Assembly: GCA_001794055.1 (NCBI GenBank)
Contig: MGJB01000006.1
Span: 90,168 to 154,167, forward strand
Length of the DNA: 64,000 nt
Reading direction: 5' to 3'
Source of the DNA: Candidatus Yanofskybacteria bacterium RIFCSPHIGHO2_01_FULL_41_26
GTDB taxonomy: Bacteria > Patescibacteriota > Minisyncoccia > 2-02-FULL-40-12 > GWA2-44-9
The notes beneath the pieces are model-generated. The model was given only the letters and a program-made list of their open reading frames with translations. It ran no database searches and was not told the DNA's origin. Each line of letters begins with the position of its first letter. Positions within the stretch are counted from its first letter, which is position 1. This document shows positions 31,801 through 39,940 of the stretch, piece by piece. Position numbers and translations under genes: made by a program.

Positions 31801-32583
31801 TGTCTTACCTGAAGTCAATCTTTTTGCTCCATCGTAGACATATACATTACCAAAGTCATCAGTGGTACCAGGGCCTAATCTCTTAAGAGTCACGGTGTTG
31901 ACTGTACCCGAACCACTTACTCTAACTCTTAACATCTCAACTCCGGTGGCATTGTTGGTAATAGTCTGGGCTGACGGATTTCCAGGCGCCAACATAACCG
32001 ACAACGGTCCTGAAACTACTGGAGCCGGGGCAGCAACTGAACCGCCTCTTGCATAAGCAGGAACTTGATTTACTGAAGAGTAATTAGAACCTACAGAATA
32101 CAGAGCAAATTCAGCCGCATTGATGACGAAAACCTTCTTGAAGAAATTCGGATCATCGGCAACCGCCTGTGCACCAGAGGTATTAACCCAGTGCAACACG
32201 GCTACATCTTCTCCGGTTGTTTCTATTCCATAAACTTTCTCATCTCCGTCAACTCGGAATAAACCGGAAGTTACAAATGCATCTCTGGCAGCAGCAGATA
32301 CATTCTTAACACTGGCAAATCCTCCGAGGTGTCCGTAAAGATTAAAGATTTGCGGATTCAAGAATAATCTCTTGTATCCCCAATCGTTGACGATATAGAC
32401 ATCCGGGTCATCAGAACCGGCTGCGCTAATCGTGTTGCCTTCTTTCAAACCATAGTCTGAAGGAGCAACTGCGAAAGCTGTAAGAGACAGCACTCCCGAA
32501 AGGGATAGTACCGTCGAAACAGCTGTAAGGATCGCGGCGGTTTTTATCAAACCGACACGATTGCCTTTTAATAAATTCGACAT
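28831..32583 (-). CDS. large secreted cell-surface protein (1250 aa), S-layer/adhesin-like
   Basis: N-terminal signal/TM. N-terminal roughly 115-aa module homologous to the 16799..18037 protein (SAAGSDDPDVYIVN..GYKRLFLNP.IF..YGHLGGF). The rest is T/S/G/A/N/D-rich, predicted beta-rich repeats. Long 5' leader. Confidence 0.7.
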   Translation of the reverse strand: MSNLLKGNRVGLIKTAAILTAVSTVLSLSGVLSLTAFAVAPSDYGLKEGNTISAAGSDDPDVYIVNDWGYKRLFLNPQIFNLYGHLGGFASVKNVSAAARDAFVTSGLFRVDGDEKVYGIETTGEDVAVLHWVNTSGAQAVADDPNFFKKVFVINAAEFALYSVGSNYSSVNQVPAYARGGSVAAPAPVVSGPLSVMLAPGNPSAQTITNNATGVEMLRVRVSGSGTVNTVTLKRLGPGTTDDFGNVYVYDGAKRLTSGKTFSSASGEASFLLNIAVDGSKDLSFVGDILTGGAGNVNYFQLLGVTAAGGSVVSGAPLSGNNFAISGASSGRLDVAKVGSLSDPTVGQKQAQLSEFKLTANTEAASVKRLTMLNDGTLKPADLTNVKLKTGAMEWAGSVTSTNYLVFDLGSGYTISKGGNATFKVYGDVGGKKDETVDLYFETAPDVWAVGDQYGQGMDTTNATAAQGIAALDTAAEATTLTLMGGALTLVYNGPNATTIGTQVADVTLLRFSMTAASNIEIKQTEFTICADSGNDGTYDNAATEGDWDDLNDVKVWNEDTNTVVMGPKDGTAFDHADDSGSCPDNATGAQEQFTDTLDLLAGVTYNFKVTGDVDTSLGSGTQLLDTDSVFKVILDDYSDDTAAVSKMKYAGTNTAVASADIVPRSDIAGSNITITSSALTLSLAGSPTDQTKIRGMKDVDAVGITFAAGQASALKVTTIKITGYAADSGATLDEGTDTTDTGISIANATAKVQLYEAGTGVLIAGSDKISSNLLGTSGTGTMTFSNLDWNIPAGTSKTMLVRVDLSNNTASGTAGDVYSFDIAATGDVTSLDSDSNTVNPGAAAVNGTTTPTQVLTVKNSGSMTLATAASSPVKGALYWGQVNAPVSKFRLTATDEAQYIEKLTIAASSSDEDTSAKNVKNVILTYKTKSGATMTKFQSFSNAASANFNWSTTDADRPYVPKDASLEIAVNADMKTKDEGATQTTGTTADTTLVAFSLDLVDRYDGSFTNGFRAVGEGSGTVLDGTSTNINDVSGAYNQTVYRVFPKIEQVALSSPYSLIGTPTVFKFSVTAMGLATANLRFDNEHNGSGSINFEVVASGDSHVNTTTSTTFSVLDEQGTVIDGPSALRGLGTPGAADTSQTISMGNGSSGVRPDWNASISFNFTGQDIEIAGGETRTFSIRLNNPTQHYANAGTTGRAADYFQVTLQDDLAGLINWVGNYDNTTNSLDTPSATGIIRSLPLYGPTFQR

Positions 32584-33160
32584 TTTAATTTTTTAATAAC
32601 TGAACTGGTGCCGTCGCTCTGACATATCTATATTTTTAAATTTCGATATGTCGAGTCAACCAACGCCAGAACAGGTTTTTAATAACACTAATTAACTGAA
32701 CTGACCGACCACAATATTTCTAAAGTCCACCTATTTCGACCTGGCAAATTTTAGAAGTGGTTTACAACTTTAAAACTTAATTTCATTTCTAATCTAAGCA
32801 TCAATTTTTTCTTGCTGTCCTGATTGTCAATGTCCTTTCATTGGACTGCCTGCCTCTATAGATATTTCGATATGTCTATCTACGATGTCAATATTTCGAA
32901 ATATCACTAAAGGCAGAAAGTCCGATATCTACTCAAAAAACGACCTGAAATTAGATCGATTACGAATCTTTTAATTCTTTAATTCTTCATATTTAATGCC
33001 GTTTAACGGCCAGTATTGTCCGCCAATACTACACAAAATACATTTGACAGTCAATGGTGACAAACCATGACTTCATAATAAGTATAAAGGTTATAATAAG
33101 GCCTGCAAGGGGTCAAGTGTGGATAAATCAGGCCATATTTTGGCGTAAAATCAAGGTTTA

Positions 33161-36100
33161 TTATTTGATACTCATTACCTTGCTGCCATACCCCCAAATA
33201 ACCCTATTTTCACTTAAAACCGGGGATATAACCGAGCTTACTCCCGTTGAAATGTGCCATCTCTCATTGCCGTCCTTATCAACGCCATAAACATCTCCCG
33301 ACTGGGTAGAGAAATAGGCACCGCCGTCTTTGTCTACTGCTATCTGTTGGTTTATTTTACCTTCGGCCTGGAATGACCAACTAACCGTAAGGTCAGATTT
33401 ATTAAGCGAGAAAAGTTTTGAACCGGAAGCAGGATTTGACCAGCTGTAATCTAAACCGACAAGAAGATTGGTCGGGGTAATTGAAACCATTGTTGCCCCC
33501 GAACCATTGCTGGCCGGTTCAATAACAGTCGTATTCAAAACAGAACCGTCAGGTGGAATGACGAACATTCTAAACCCGAAAGAAGAACCCCCATCATAAC
33601 CGATAGCCGAATAAGTCTTGCCTGTTGATTTGTCATGTGACGGATTCGACTGCATACTGCCATTGGCGCCGGTATAAGCCAAATCCCAAATTTTTGAGCC
33701 ATCAGACAAATATTTTGTAAAAAATTGATTACCGCTTATCCGTCTTGCCACAACACTATCGCCATTTTCAAGAACAATCGGAACAAAACCACTCAGGCCA
33801 GGATTACTGGCTTGGGTCTTTGTTGAGCCGCCTGTATTTAACACGACAAGCTTGTCGTTGCCGCTTGAATAGGTAAAATATGGTTCACCTTTTTCGGATA
33901 CAGTAAAAGCTTTGATCGTACTTGCATCATCATAATCCCATTTCTTGGTTCCGTCGGAATTAAGAGCCGTAAAAGCCAAAACTCCGCCAGCTCCGATACG
34001 GCCAAAATACACCACACCATCAGATAAGATTGCCGGGGTGCCAATACTGACATTGGTGGCGTATTCCCATTTTTGTACGCCATTTTTATCAAGTTTTATT
34101 AATTTTCCGGAACCGTTGGCCGAGCCGAAATAAATACCTCCGTCAGCTGAAACAACCGGCTGACCTACAGTATTTCCGGCTCCGGCATCAAATTCCCAGC
34201 TTATTGTTGCCCCAACACCCGGCCCCGCCAAACTAGCCGCAAAAGACGTGTGATATTGGTCTTTACCGAGCATAGACCAAGCCCCGTCGTCTATCGCGGA
34301 TGGGAAACTCACCTCGGCTATATTAGAAATATCTGAACACTTATCCACAGTTTCCCCATTACCGACTTCGCAAGTCGGTATGTTGATAACTTTTGTTTTC
34401 AGGGCAAAATAAAGTGTCTGGCCATAGTCATGGGCAATATCGGGAGTTACGATTTGCGATTCTCCCTCATTTCCGACGCTAGGCAAACTAGAGCTGGCTA
34501 CTTTTATTGCTAAATCCCAACTGGCGGAAGAAGGGAAACCGGTGAGCGAATATCGCAAATCGTAACTCAAACTGGCCGGACTGTAACCGCCTGGGTCGGG
34601 CGCCGACCATGAAATGGTAAGCGGTGAGTTGATGGTGGCCAATAAGTTGGTAACGGCTGATGGAGCTTGAGTTATAACATCAGCGCTATTCTGGGATTTA
34701 GGAGTTGATGTGGCGGTAATCCATCCGCCATCCATCCGTTGGGCAGTTTTTTTAGTGTCATTGTTGCCAATAATTTCGTCATTGCCGTTTATTTTCCACG
34801 CATTTGAACCATCAACTTGGTCAATTACAGTTCCGGAAATGTCTTTCAAAACTAAATTTTCTCCCGTATTGCCTAAAGCGCCGGTGTATATTTGGTCGGC
34901 ATCAATATCAGGCAACGTTTGATCATCGGTCCTTTCTAAGACATAAAAGCCAAACGGACTTATATTGCCAATCAGTGTTATGTCTGGCGTACCGTCTTTT
35001 GACTTAAGATTCCAATTGTTAAGATTTATGGTTTTGTTGGTGATGTTACGAAGTTCTATCCACTCATCGTTCGATAATGACGCTGAGGTTCCCATCCAAG
35101 CAATTTCGTTTAGGACAATGTCACCAAGATTGGCAGTGTCACCATCGGGTTCTGGTGACGGGATGGGTGACGGTGACGGCGATTGTGACGGAGTGGGAGT
35201 AGGAGTTGCTTGCGGTGAGCTTGTCGAATCCGGTGTCGAAGATGACCCGCCTCCTCCGCCGCCATATGAAACAATAACCTGAACCGCTGTGCTGTTTTTG
35301 GCTTTAGGCGTTCCGTTTATCAACCCGCCGGTTGCATCTTTATTTGTTGATGTCCCGGAAAAACTTTTCCAATTTGAGGCGCTATTACCGGCTTTCATCG
35401 AATCTATTCTCTCCATTGAATTCTTTGATGTTGAGTCACCGAAATACCATGCTTCACCCGTGCCACCAACCACATCTACCACAATGCCAATGCTATCAAA
35501 CAGTCTGATCATTTCGCCTGCATTGTTAAGGCCTCCTTGGCCAAAACCTGCAGCCAAATCAGCTGTTATATCGCTTACGGTATTATCATCTGTCCTCTCA
35601 ATTAAAAAATAGGAATTCGCTTGAATAATTGTCCCTTCCGAGAAAATAATATCAGGGGAATCATCGCTTGAAACCAACCGCCAACTGGATATGTCTATTG
35701 GGTTGTTTTCGGTGTTATAAAGCTCAATCCATTCATCTGTTGCAGAGGCATCCGTCCCCGCCCAGGCAATCTCGTTTATGACCACTGTGCCGAATTTCTT
35801 TGCTGTGGATAATTTTGGGATAGGAGATGGGGTTGGGGTAGTTGACAGCTTCGGTGTCGGTGCTGGTGTTTTTGATGGTGACAGAATAGGTGACACAAGA
35901 GGTGACACTATTGTGACACTGGTGACAGGTGTCTTTGTCACCAGTGGTGACGGTGACACTACTTGATTTGTCACCTTCGGTGTTGGTGTCACCATGTTGT
36001 CACCATCATTTGAGTTATCCACAATGTCATTATCGGTGCTAATTCCTATTAACCCCAGCAATCTTGCAAACCAGTTTTTCTCTAGCGGTTTATTGGCATA

Positions 36101-37075
36101 TTCTTGTTTTGCTTTCTCCGCTTCTGTTAAAAACAAGTTCAACGCCCCAGAGCCGTTAAGAACTACCTCTCTTGATAATCGGTCCCAATAGCCATCGAGG
36201 ATATCCTCACTCGATATTGTTAGTTCACCAGTTTTAATGATATTTTTAACTAATACATAATTACCACTCTTGTCTTTTTTATACCCTACTAAATCCTCCT
36301 CTCCTTTTTGATTTTTCTTATAAATCCAAAAATCTATTGTTGGGTTTGCATAGTTACTATCATTAATCGTATCTTTACTAAAAAAATTCCCATTTGAATA
36401 CTTGGCTATTTTATCAAAATATTCGCCCAGATTAGCAAGAATCACGGGCTTCAATCCTTCTTTTTTAAATTTAGAAGCAACATTAAAGTTATCAGGACTC
36501 CATTTCGCCATTTCATGTTCATACGGACTGCCGAATGTTCCTACCGGCGGATGGGGATCATTTCGAGTGTGGTCGGGAACTCCCATATCTTCCAATAAGT
36601 GCAGAAGGTGACCAAATGCAAGCATGGCTCTTTGTCTGTCTCCTTGAGCATAATCATTCATTGCTCGTTCATAAGAAAAGTCATCTGGACTTTTAATTAC
36701 CCCCGCTGATTGAGCAATACTATTGTTGGACATGGCAAGATTTGATTGAGCGCCAGAACTCATCGCCCACTGTTTGGATGTAGGGAATCCGGCCATACCA
36801 ATATTGTGAACTGGGTCATAGAAATGATTCATCGGCCTCATACCTTGGTCTTCATCCATGGAACCCTGAATTATCCAAGTTTTATCTTGATTATTTAACT
36901 TTTGAGAAAAGTTAAGATTATAAAAATCAACAATCTCGTCGGTTAACGCCGGGTGAGTATGCGGCTGGTCGTAAGCCGATGCTTTGGTAATGAAAAAGGC
37001 GCCAATAAGCGCCCCTCCTACTATTAAGTTTTTGATTCGTTTATGCCTCATAACTGGCTGATTTTCCATATCCAT
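33161..37075 (-). CDS. multidomain secreted protein: Zn-dependent phospholipase-C-like domain + 2 lamin-tail (LTD) domains + PQQ-like beta-propeller
   Basis: Signal/TM. MNHFYDP and HLLHLLEDMGVPDH motifs (Zn_dep_PLPC-like). Two INEIAW.GT.AS..DEWIEL.N LTD motifs separated by Pro/Thr/Ser linkers. C-terminal GG.YFG...G.L..LD.NG..KW repeats (PQQ/BamB-like). Degenerate REP inside at 34351-34400. Confidence 0.65.
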   Translation of the reverse strand: MDMENQPVMRHKRIKNLIVGGALIGAFFITKASAYDQPHTHPALTDEIVDFYNLNFSQKLNNQDKTWIIQGSMDEDQGMRPMNHFYDPVHNIGMAGFPTSKQWAMSSGAQSNLAMSNNSIAQSAGVIKSPDDFSYERAMNDYAQGDRQRAMLAFGHLLHLLEDMGVPDHTRNDPHPPVGTFGSPYEHEMAKWSPDNFNVASKFKKEGLKPVILANLGEYFDKIAKYSNGNFFSKDTINDSNYANPTIDFWIYKKNQKGEEDLVGYKKDKSGNYVLVKNIIKTGELTISSEDILDGYWDRLSREVVLNGSGALNLFLTEAEKAKQEYANKPLEKNWFARLLGLIGISTDNDIVDNSNDGDNMVTPTPKVTNQVVSPSPLVTKTPVTSVTIVSPLVSPILSPSKTPAPTPKLSTTPTPSPIPKLSTAKKFGTVVINEIAWAGTDASATDEWIELYNTENNPIDISSWRLVSSDDSPDIIFSEGTIIQANSYFLIERTDDNTVSDITADLAAGFGQGGLNNAGEMIRLFDSIGIVVDVVGGTGEAWYFGDSTSKNSMERIDSMKAGNSASNWKSFSGTSTNKDATGGLINGTPKAKNSTAVQVIVSYGGGGGGSSSTPDSTSSPQATPTPTPSQSPSPSPIPSPEPDGDTANLGDIVLNEIAWMGTSASLSNDEWIELRNITNKTINLNNWNLKSKDGTPDITLIGNISPFGFYVLERTDDQTLPDIDADQIYTGALGNTGENLVLKDISGTVIDQVDGSNAWKINGNDEIIGNNDTKKTAQRMDGGWITATSTPKSQNSADVITQAPSAVTNLLATINSPLTISWSAPDPGGYSPASLSYDLRYSLTGFPSSASWDLAIKVASSSLPSVGNEGESQIVTPDIAHDYGQTLYFALKTKVINIPTCEVGNGETVDKCSDISNIAEVSFPSAIDDGAWSMLGKDQYHTSFAASLAGPGVGATISWEFDAGAGNTVGQPVVSADGGIYFGSANGSGKLIKLDKNGVQKWEYATNVSIGTPAILSDGVVYFGRIGAGGVLAFTALNSDGTKKWDYDDASTIKAFTVSEKGEPYFTYSSGNDKLVVLNTGGSTKTQASNPGLSGFVPIVLENGDSVVARRISGNQFFTKYLSDGSKIWDLAYTGANGSMQSNPSHDKSTGKTYSAIGYDGGSSFGFRMFVIPPDGSVLNTTVIEPASNGSGATMVSITPTNLLVGLDYSWSNPASGSKLFSLNKSDLTVSWSFQAEGKINQQIAVDKDGGAYFSTQSGDVYGVDKDGNERWHISTGVSSVISPVLSENRVIWGYGSKVMSIK
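34351..34400. repeat. degenerate REP palindrome copy inside a CDS
   Basis: ttatccacag...accgacttcgcaagtcggtatgttgataac. The stem and loop are identical to the REP family. Encodes INIPTCEVGNG in-frame. Confidence 0.55.
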
Positions 37076-37614
37076 ATATTAGTCATCGTATTCTTAGAAA
37101 AAATAGTTTCTGCATTAAATCTACCTGCTGGAAGTGTGATTTTTTGGGTTTTTCCACCCGAAACAGGAAGTTCCGTTGTTGAAGGAGTTTCTCTTGTGTA
37201 TGAATATGTATATCTCACTTCCTCATCGTTACGATTTTGAGGAGTCCAAAATTTTCTGTTTTGTTCTAGTTCACCAATGAGATTTACCAATAAATTTTGA
37301 GATTGATATTCTTGAAATGTTTTTAGCCAGTTATCTTGTTTGCCCACCACAAAATACTTACTCGCCAAAGTCGTATCTCCCTTGCGCAAGGCGTCCAAGA
37401 ACATATCATAAGTTTCCTCTGGGGTTTTACCGCCATATTTGTCTTCACGGTAGGGTTTTTCCCATTGGGCCTGGAGTCGTTTGGCTTCCCAATTTGCCCG
37501 AAGATTATTGACATACGGCATGCCATTAAGGACAAACCACAAGACACCACCAGCCAGCAAAACCAAAAAGAGCACCCCGTACCAGCTCTTTAAGTTAATC
37601 CACAATTTATTCAT
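37048..37614 (-). CDS. hypothetical membrane-anchored protein
   Basis: N-terminal TM (WYGVLFLVLLAGGVLWFVL). Overlaps the 5' end of the 1304-aa gene by 28 nt (operon). Confidence 0.4.
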   Translation of the reverse strand: MNKLWINLKSWYGVLFLVLLAGGVLWFVLNGMPYVNNLRANWEAKRLQAQWEKPYREDKYGGKTPEETYDMFLDALRKGDTTLASKYFVVGKQDNWLKTFQEYQSQNLLVNLIGELEQNRKFWTPQNRNDEEVRYTYSYTRETPSTTELPVSGGKTQKITLPAGRFNAETIFSKNTMTNIWIWKISQL

Positions 37615-37798
37615 TAGTAAATCCTTTTGAACTGCCGCGAAATTAGAAGGTCCGCTAAATTAAGGAGGGATTTATAATCTATCGCACCCAATTCGCGCAG
37701 CAGATCAAAAAAATCTACTCTTCAAAAAATTTACTCTTTTTTCTTACACTTTTATTTATCAAAACAACTTCTCACTGTCAACCCAACCAATCCACCAC

Positions 37799-37837
37799 CC
37801 TGTGGATAACCGACTTGCGAAGTCGGTTATCCACAGG
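37799..37837. repeat. REP palindrome (39 bp, perfect), left flank of RAYT
   Basis: cctgtggataaccgacttgcgaagtcggttatccacagg. The loop is inverted relative to the right-flank copy. Confidence 0.9.
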
Positions 37838-37861
37838 TACACTTTGGCAATCCAACAAACT

Positions 37862-38536
37862 ATGGCAACTGAACAAAATTTTTACCACACGCTAAATAGG
37901 GGTGTCGAAAAACGTAATATATTCCTAGATAAGCAGGACCATTTTCGTTTTATTCACAATTTATATGAACTCAATAATGAAGATAGGGTTGATACCACCT
38001 TTCATTCTTTTAAAGAAGATCCGAATCTTACCGACTTCGCAAATCGGAAACAAAGAAAAATATTGGTAGACATTCTTGCGTTTTGTTTAATGCCAAATCA
38101 TTATCACCTGCTTCTTTCACCAAAAATAGAGGGTGGGGTTCCTAAGTTTATGAATAAGATAAACATTGGCTACGCAAAATATTTTAATAAAAAATATAAG
38201 AGAGTTGGAGCGTTGTTTCAAGGAAGATATAAAAAAATATTAATAGCAGATAATACTCACTTTCTCCACCTTCCTTTTTATATCCATTTCAATCCGCTTG
38301 ATTTAAAATATCCTGAATGGAGAGAAAATAGAATATTAAATGCTGAAAAAGCTTTAGGGTTTTTAAAATCCTATCGTTGGAGCAGCCATTTAGACTATTT
38401 GGGTGTTAAAAATTTTCCGTCGATTATAAATAATGGCTTACTTACAGAAATTTTTGACGGAAGTAAGGGTTACGAAAAACTGATTAATAATTACCTAAAA
38501 GATATTCAAATAGATCCAGAGGTTGCGTTAGAATAA
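37862..38536 (+). CDS. REP-associated tyrosine transposase (RAYT; IS200/IS605-like Y1 HUH transposase)
   Basis: HUH motif LMPNHYHLL. C-terminal ALFQGRYKKILIADNTHFLHLPFYIHFNP matches the RAYT W/FQxR(Y)...IRDE..L.....YIH.NP block with the catalytic Tyr. The ORF-track start (37802) lies inside the REP palindrome, so the start is placed at MATEQNF. Confidence 0.8.
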   Translation: MATEQNFYHTLNRGVEKRNIFLDKQDHFRFIHNLYELNNEDRVDTTFHSFKEDPNLTDFANRKQRKILVDILAFCLMPNHYHLLLSPKIEGGVPKFMNKINIGYAKYFNKKYKRVGALFQGRYKKILIADNTHFLHLPFYIHFNPLDLKYPEWRENRILNAEKALGFLKSYRWSSHLDYLGVKNFPSIINNGLLTEIFDGSKGYEKLINNYLKDIQIDPEVALE

Positions 38537-38547
38537 AGAATGGTAAC

Positions 38548-38586
38548 CCTGTGGATAACCGACTTCGCAAGTCGGTTATCCACAGG
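38548..38586. repeat. REP palindrome (39 bp, perfect), right flank of RAYT
   Basis: cctgtggataaccgacttcgcaagtcggttatccacagg. Confidence 0.9.
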
Positions 38587-38590
38587 TGGT

Positions 38591-39310
38591 TTATTTTTGT
38601 TTGCGGACAAGAATATTGGCGAGGTGAAGTGAATCAAAAGTTCCAGCATCAACCCAATATTTTTTGGCCTTGACATAATCCATTGCGCCTTCCCTGATAT
38701 AAAAATTATTCACATCAGTTATCTCGTATTCTCCTCGGTTGGATAGTTTAAGGTTTTTGATAACATCAAACACCCTATTGTCGTAAAGATAAAATCCCGT
38801 TACAGCCCAGTTGGTCGCAGGTTTTTTGGGTTTTTCGACAATATTTTTAATCGTTCCGTCTTTACGAAAAGAGGCCACGCCAAATCTTTGCGGATCAGAA
38901 ACTTTTTTTAAAACTATCAGGCCTCCCCTTTCTTTTTTAGAAAATTTCTTTACAGCGACGGAAAGATTGTCTCCGAAAATATTATCGCCTAAAACAAGGG
39001 CGACCGAATTGTTTTCGGCGAAAGACCTGGCTAAACCTAAACCATGAGCGATTCCCAATGGATCAACCTGAATTGTATAATATAAGTTGACACCCAGTTC
39101 ACTGCCGGAACCAAGAAGTTTCACATATTGGTCTGTATGTTCCTGCCCGCAAACTATCAATATATCCTTAATGCCGGCATTTTTAAGGGTAAGAATGGGA
39201 TAGTGGATTATCGTTTTATTTCCCACAGGCAAAAAGTGCTTTCCGACAACTTTTGTAACCGGCCAAAGGCGCGTGCCTTTACCGCCCGCCAAAATAACAC
39301 CTTTGATCAT
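38591..39310 (-). CDS. sugar-phosphate nucleotidyltransferase (glucose-1-phosphate thymidylyltransferase-like, short form)
   Basis: MIKGVILAGGKGTRLWPVTKVVGKHFLPVGNKTIIHYPILTL matches the RmlA/G1P nucleotidyltransferase N-terminal signature. Confidence 0.75.
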   Translation of the reverse strand: MIKGVILAGGKGTRLWPVTKVVGKHFLPVGNKTIIHYPILTLKNAGIKDILIVCGQEHTDQYVKLLGSGSELGVNLYYTIQVDPLGIAHGLGLARSFAENNSVALVLGDNIFGDNLSVAVKKFSKKERGGLIVLKKVSDPQRFGVASFRKDGTIKNIVEKPKKPATNWAVTGFYLYDNRVFDVIKNLKLSNRGEYEITDVNNFYIREGAMDYVKAKKYWVDAGTFDSLHLANILVRKQK

Positions 39311-39325
39311 GTACATTAATTACCA

Positions 39326-39922
39326 CTAAACGATCGAATAGTAAACGGCGTTGTCCTTGGCCCATTTACGGATCAAGCCTTCGGCAGCTAATTCTTTTAA
39401 GTTCCTTTTTACAGTCCTCTCGGATAATATATTGAATTCTTCAATAATTTCTTTGGTGCGAGAATTGGGAGATCGTTTGATAAAATTAAAGATCCTATCT
39501 TTGTTTGAACTCTCCTTTAAATTTTTAAAGTGAGAATTTTTAGGAACAGAAGCAGGTGGCTTATTCTCTTTCAGTTTCGGGGTTAATTGGATTAGCTGAC
39601 CAGACGACTTGATCAGATCGAGTTTGAAACTTAGAAGATTTTTGCGGGTGTAAAGAAGGGGAGTGATTAATGTGGATTTAGAATGTTCCAGATAATCTAG
39701 AAGTTCTAATAAATCATCAGTTGCATTTCTGAATTCAAGAAAATTAATATTATGCGACACTACATCCTCTCCTCCTAAAGTAAGCAATTTAATGTAGCCG
39801 GCAACAAATTCGGATATTTTATCGTATAATTTCTGAGCTAGAAACTTGTCTTTCAATCCAGAAAAAAGTTTCACCAAAAATATTATAGAATTTATGAAAT
39901 TTTTTAAACCATCTTCTTCCAT
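39326..39922 (-). CDS. hypothetical protein with C-terminal winged-helix DNA-binding-like domain
   Basis: C-terminal SERTVKRNLKELAAEGLIRKWAKDNAVYYSI resembles a wHTH. Confidence 0.35.
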   Translation of the reverse strand: MEEDGLKNFINSIIFLVKLFSGLKDKFLAQKLYDKISEFVAGYIKLLTLGGEDVVSHNINFLEFRNATDDLLELLDYLEHSKSTLITPLLYTRKNLLSFKLDLIKSSGQLIQLTPKLKENKPPASVPKNSHFKNLKESSNKDRIFNFIKRSPNSRTKEIIEEFNILSERTVKRNLKELAAEGLIRKWAKDNAVYYSIV

Positions 39923-39940
39923 GGCTCGGATACTAACACA

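Noticed and set aside
37802-37861. ORF-track start codon for the RAYT at 37802
   Set aside because: This ATG lies inside the 39-bp REP palindrome and the first 12 codons are simply the palindrome translated (MDNRLAKSVIHRY). The same artefact appears at 26440-26652. The downstream ATG at 37862 is preferred.
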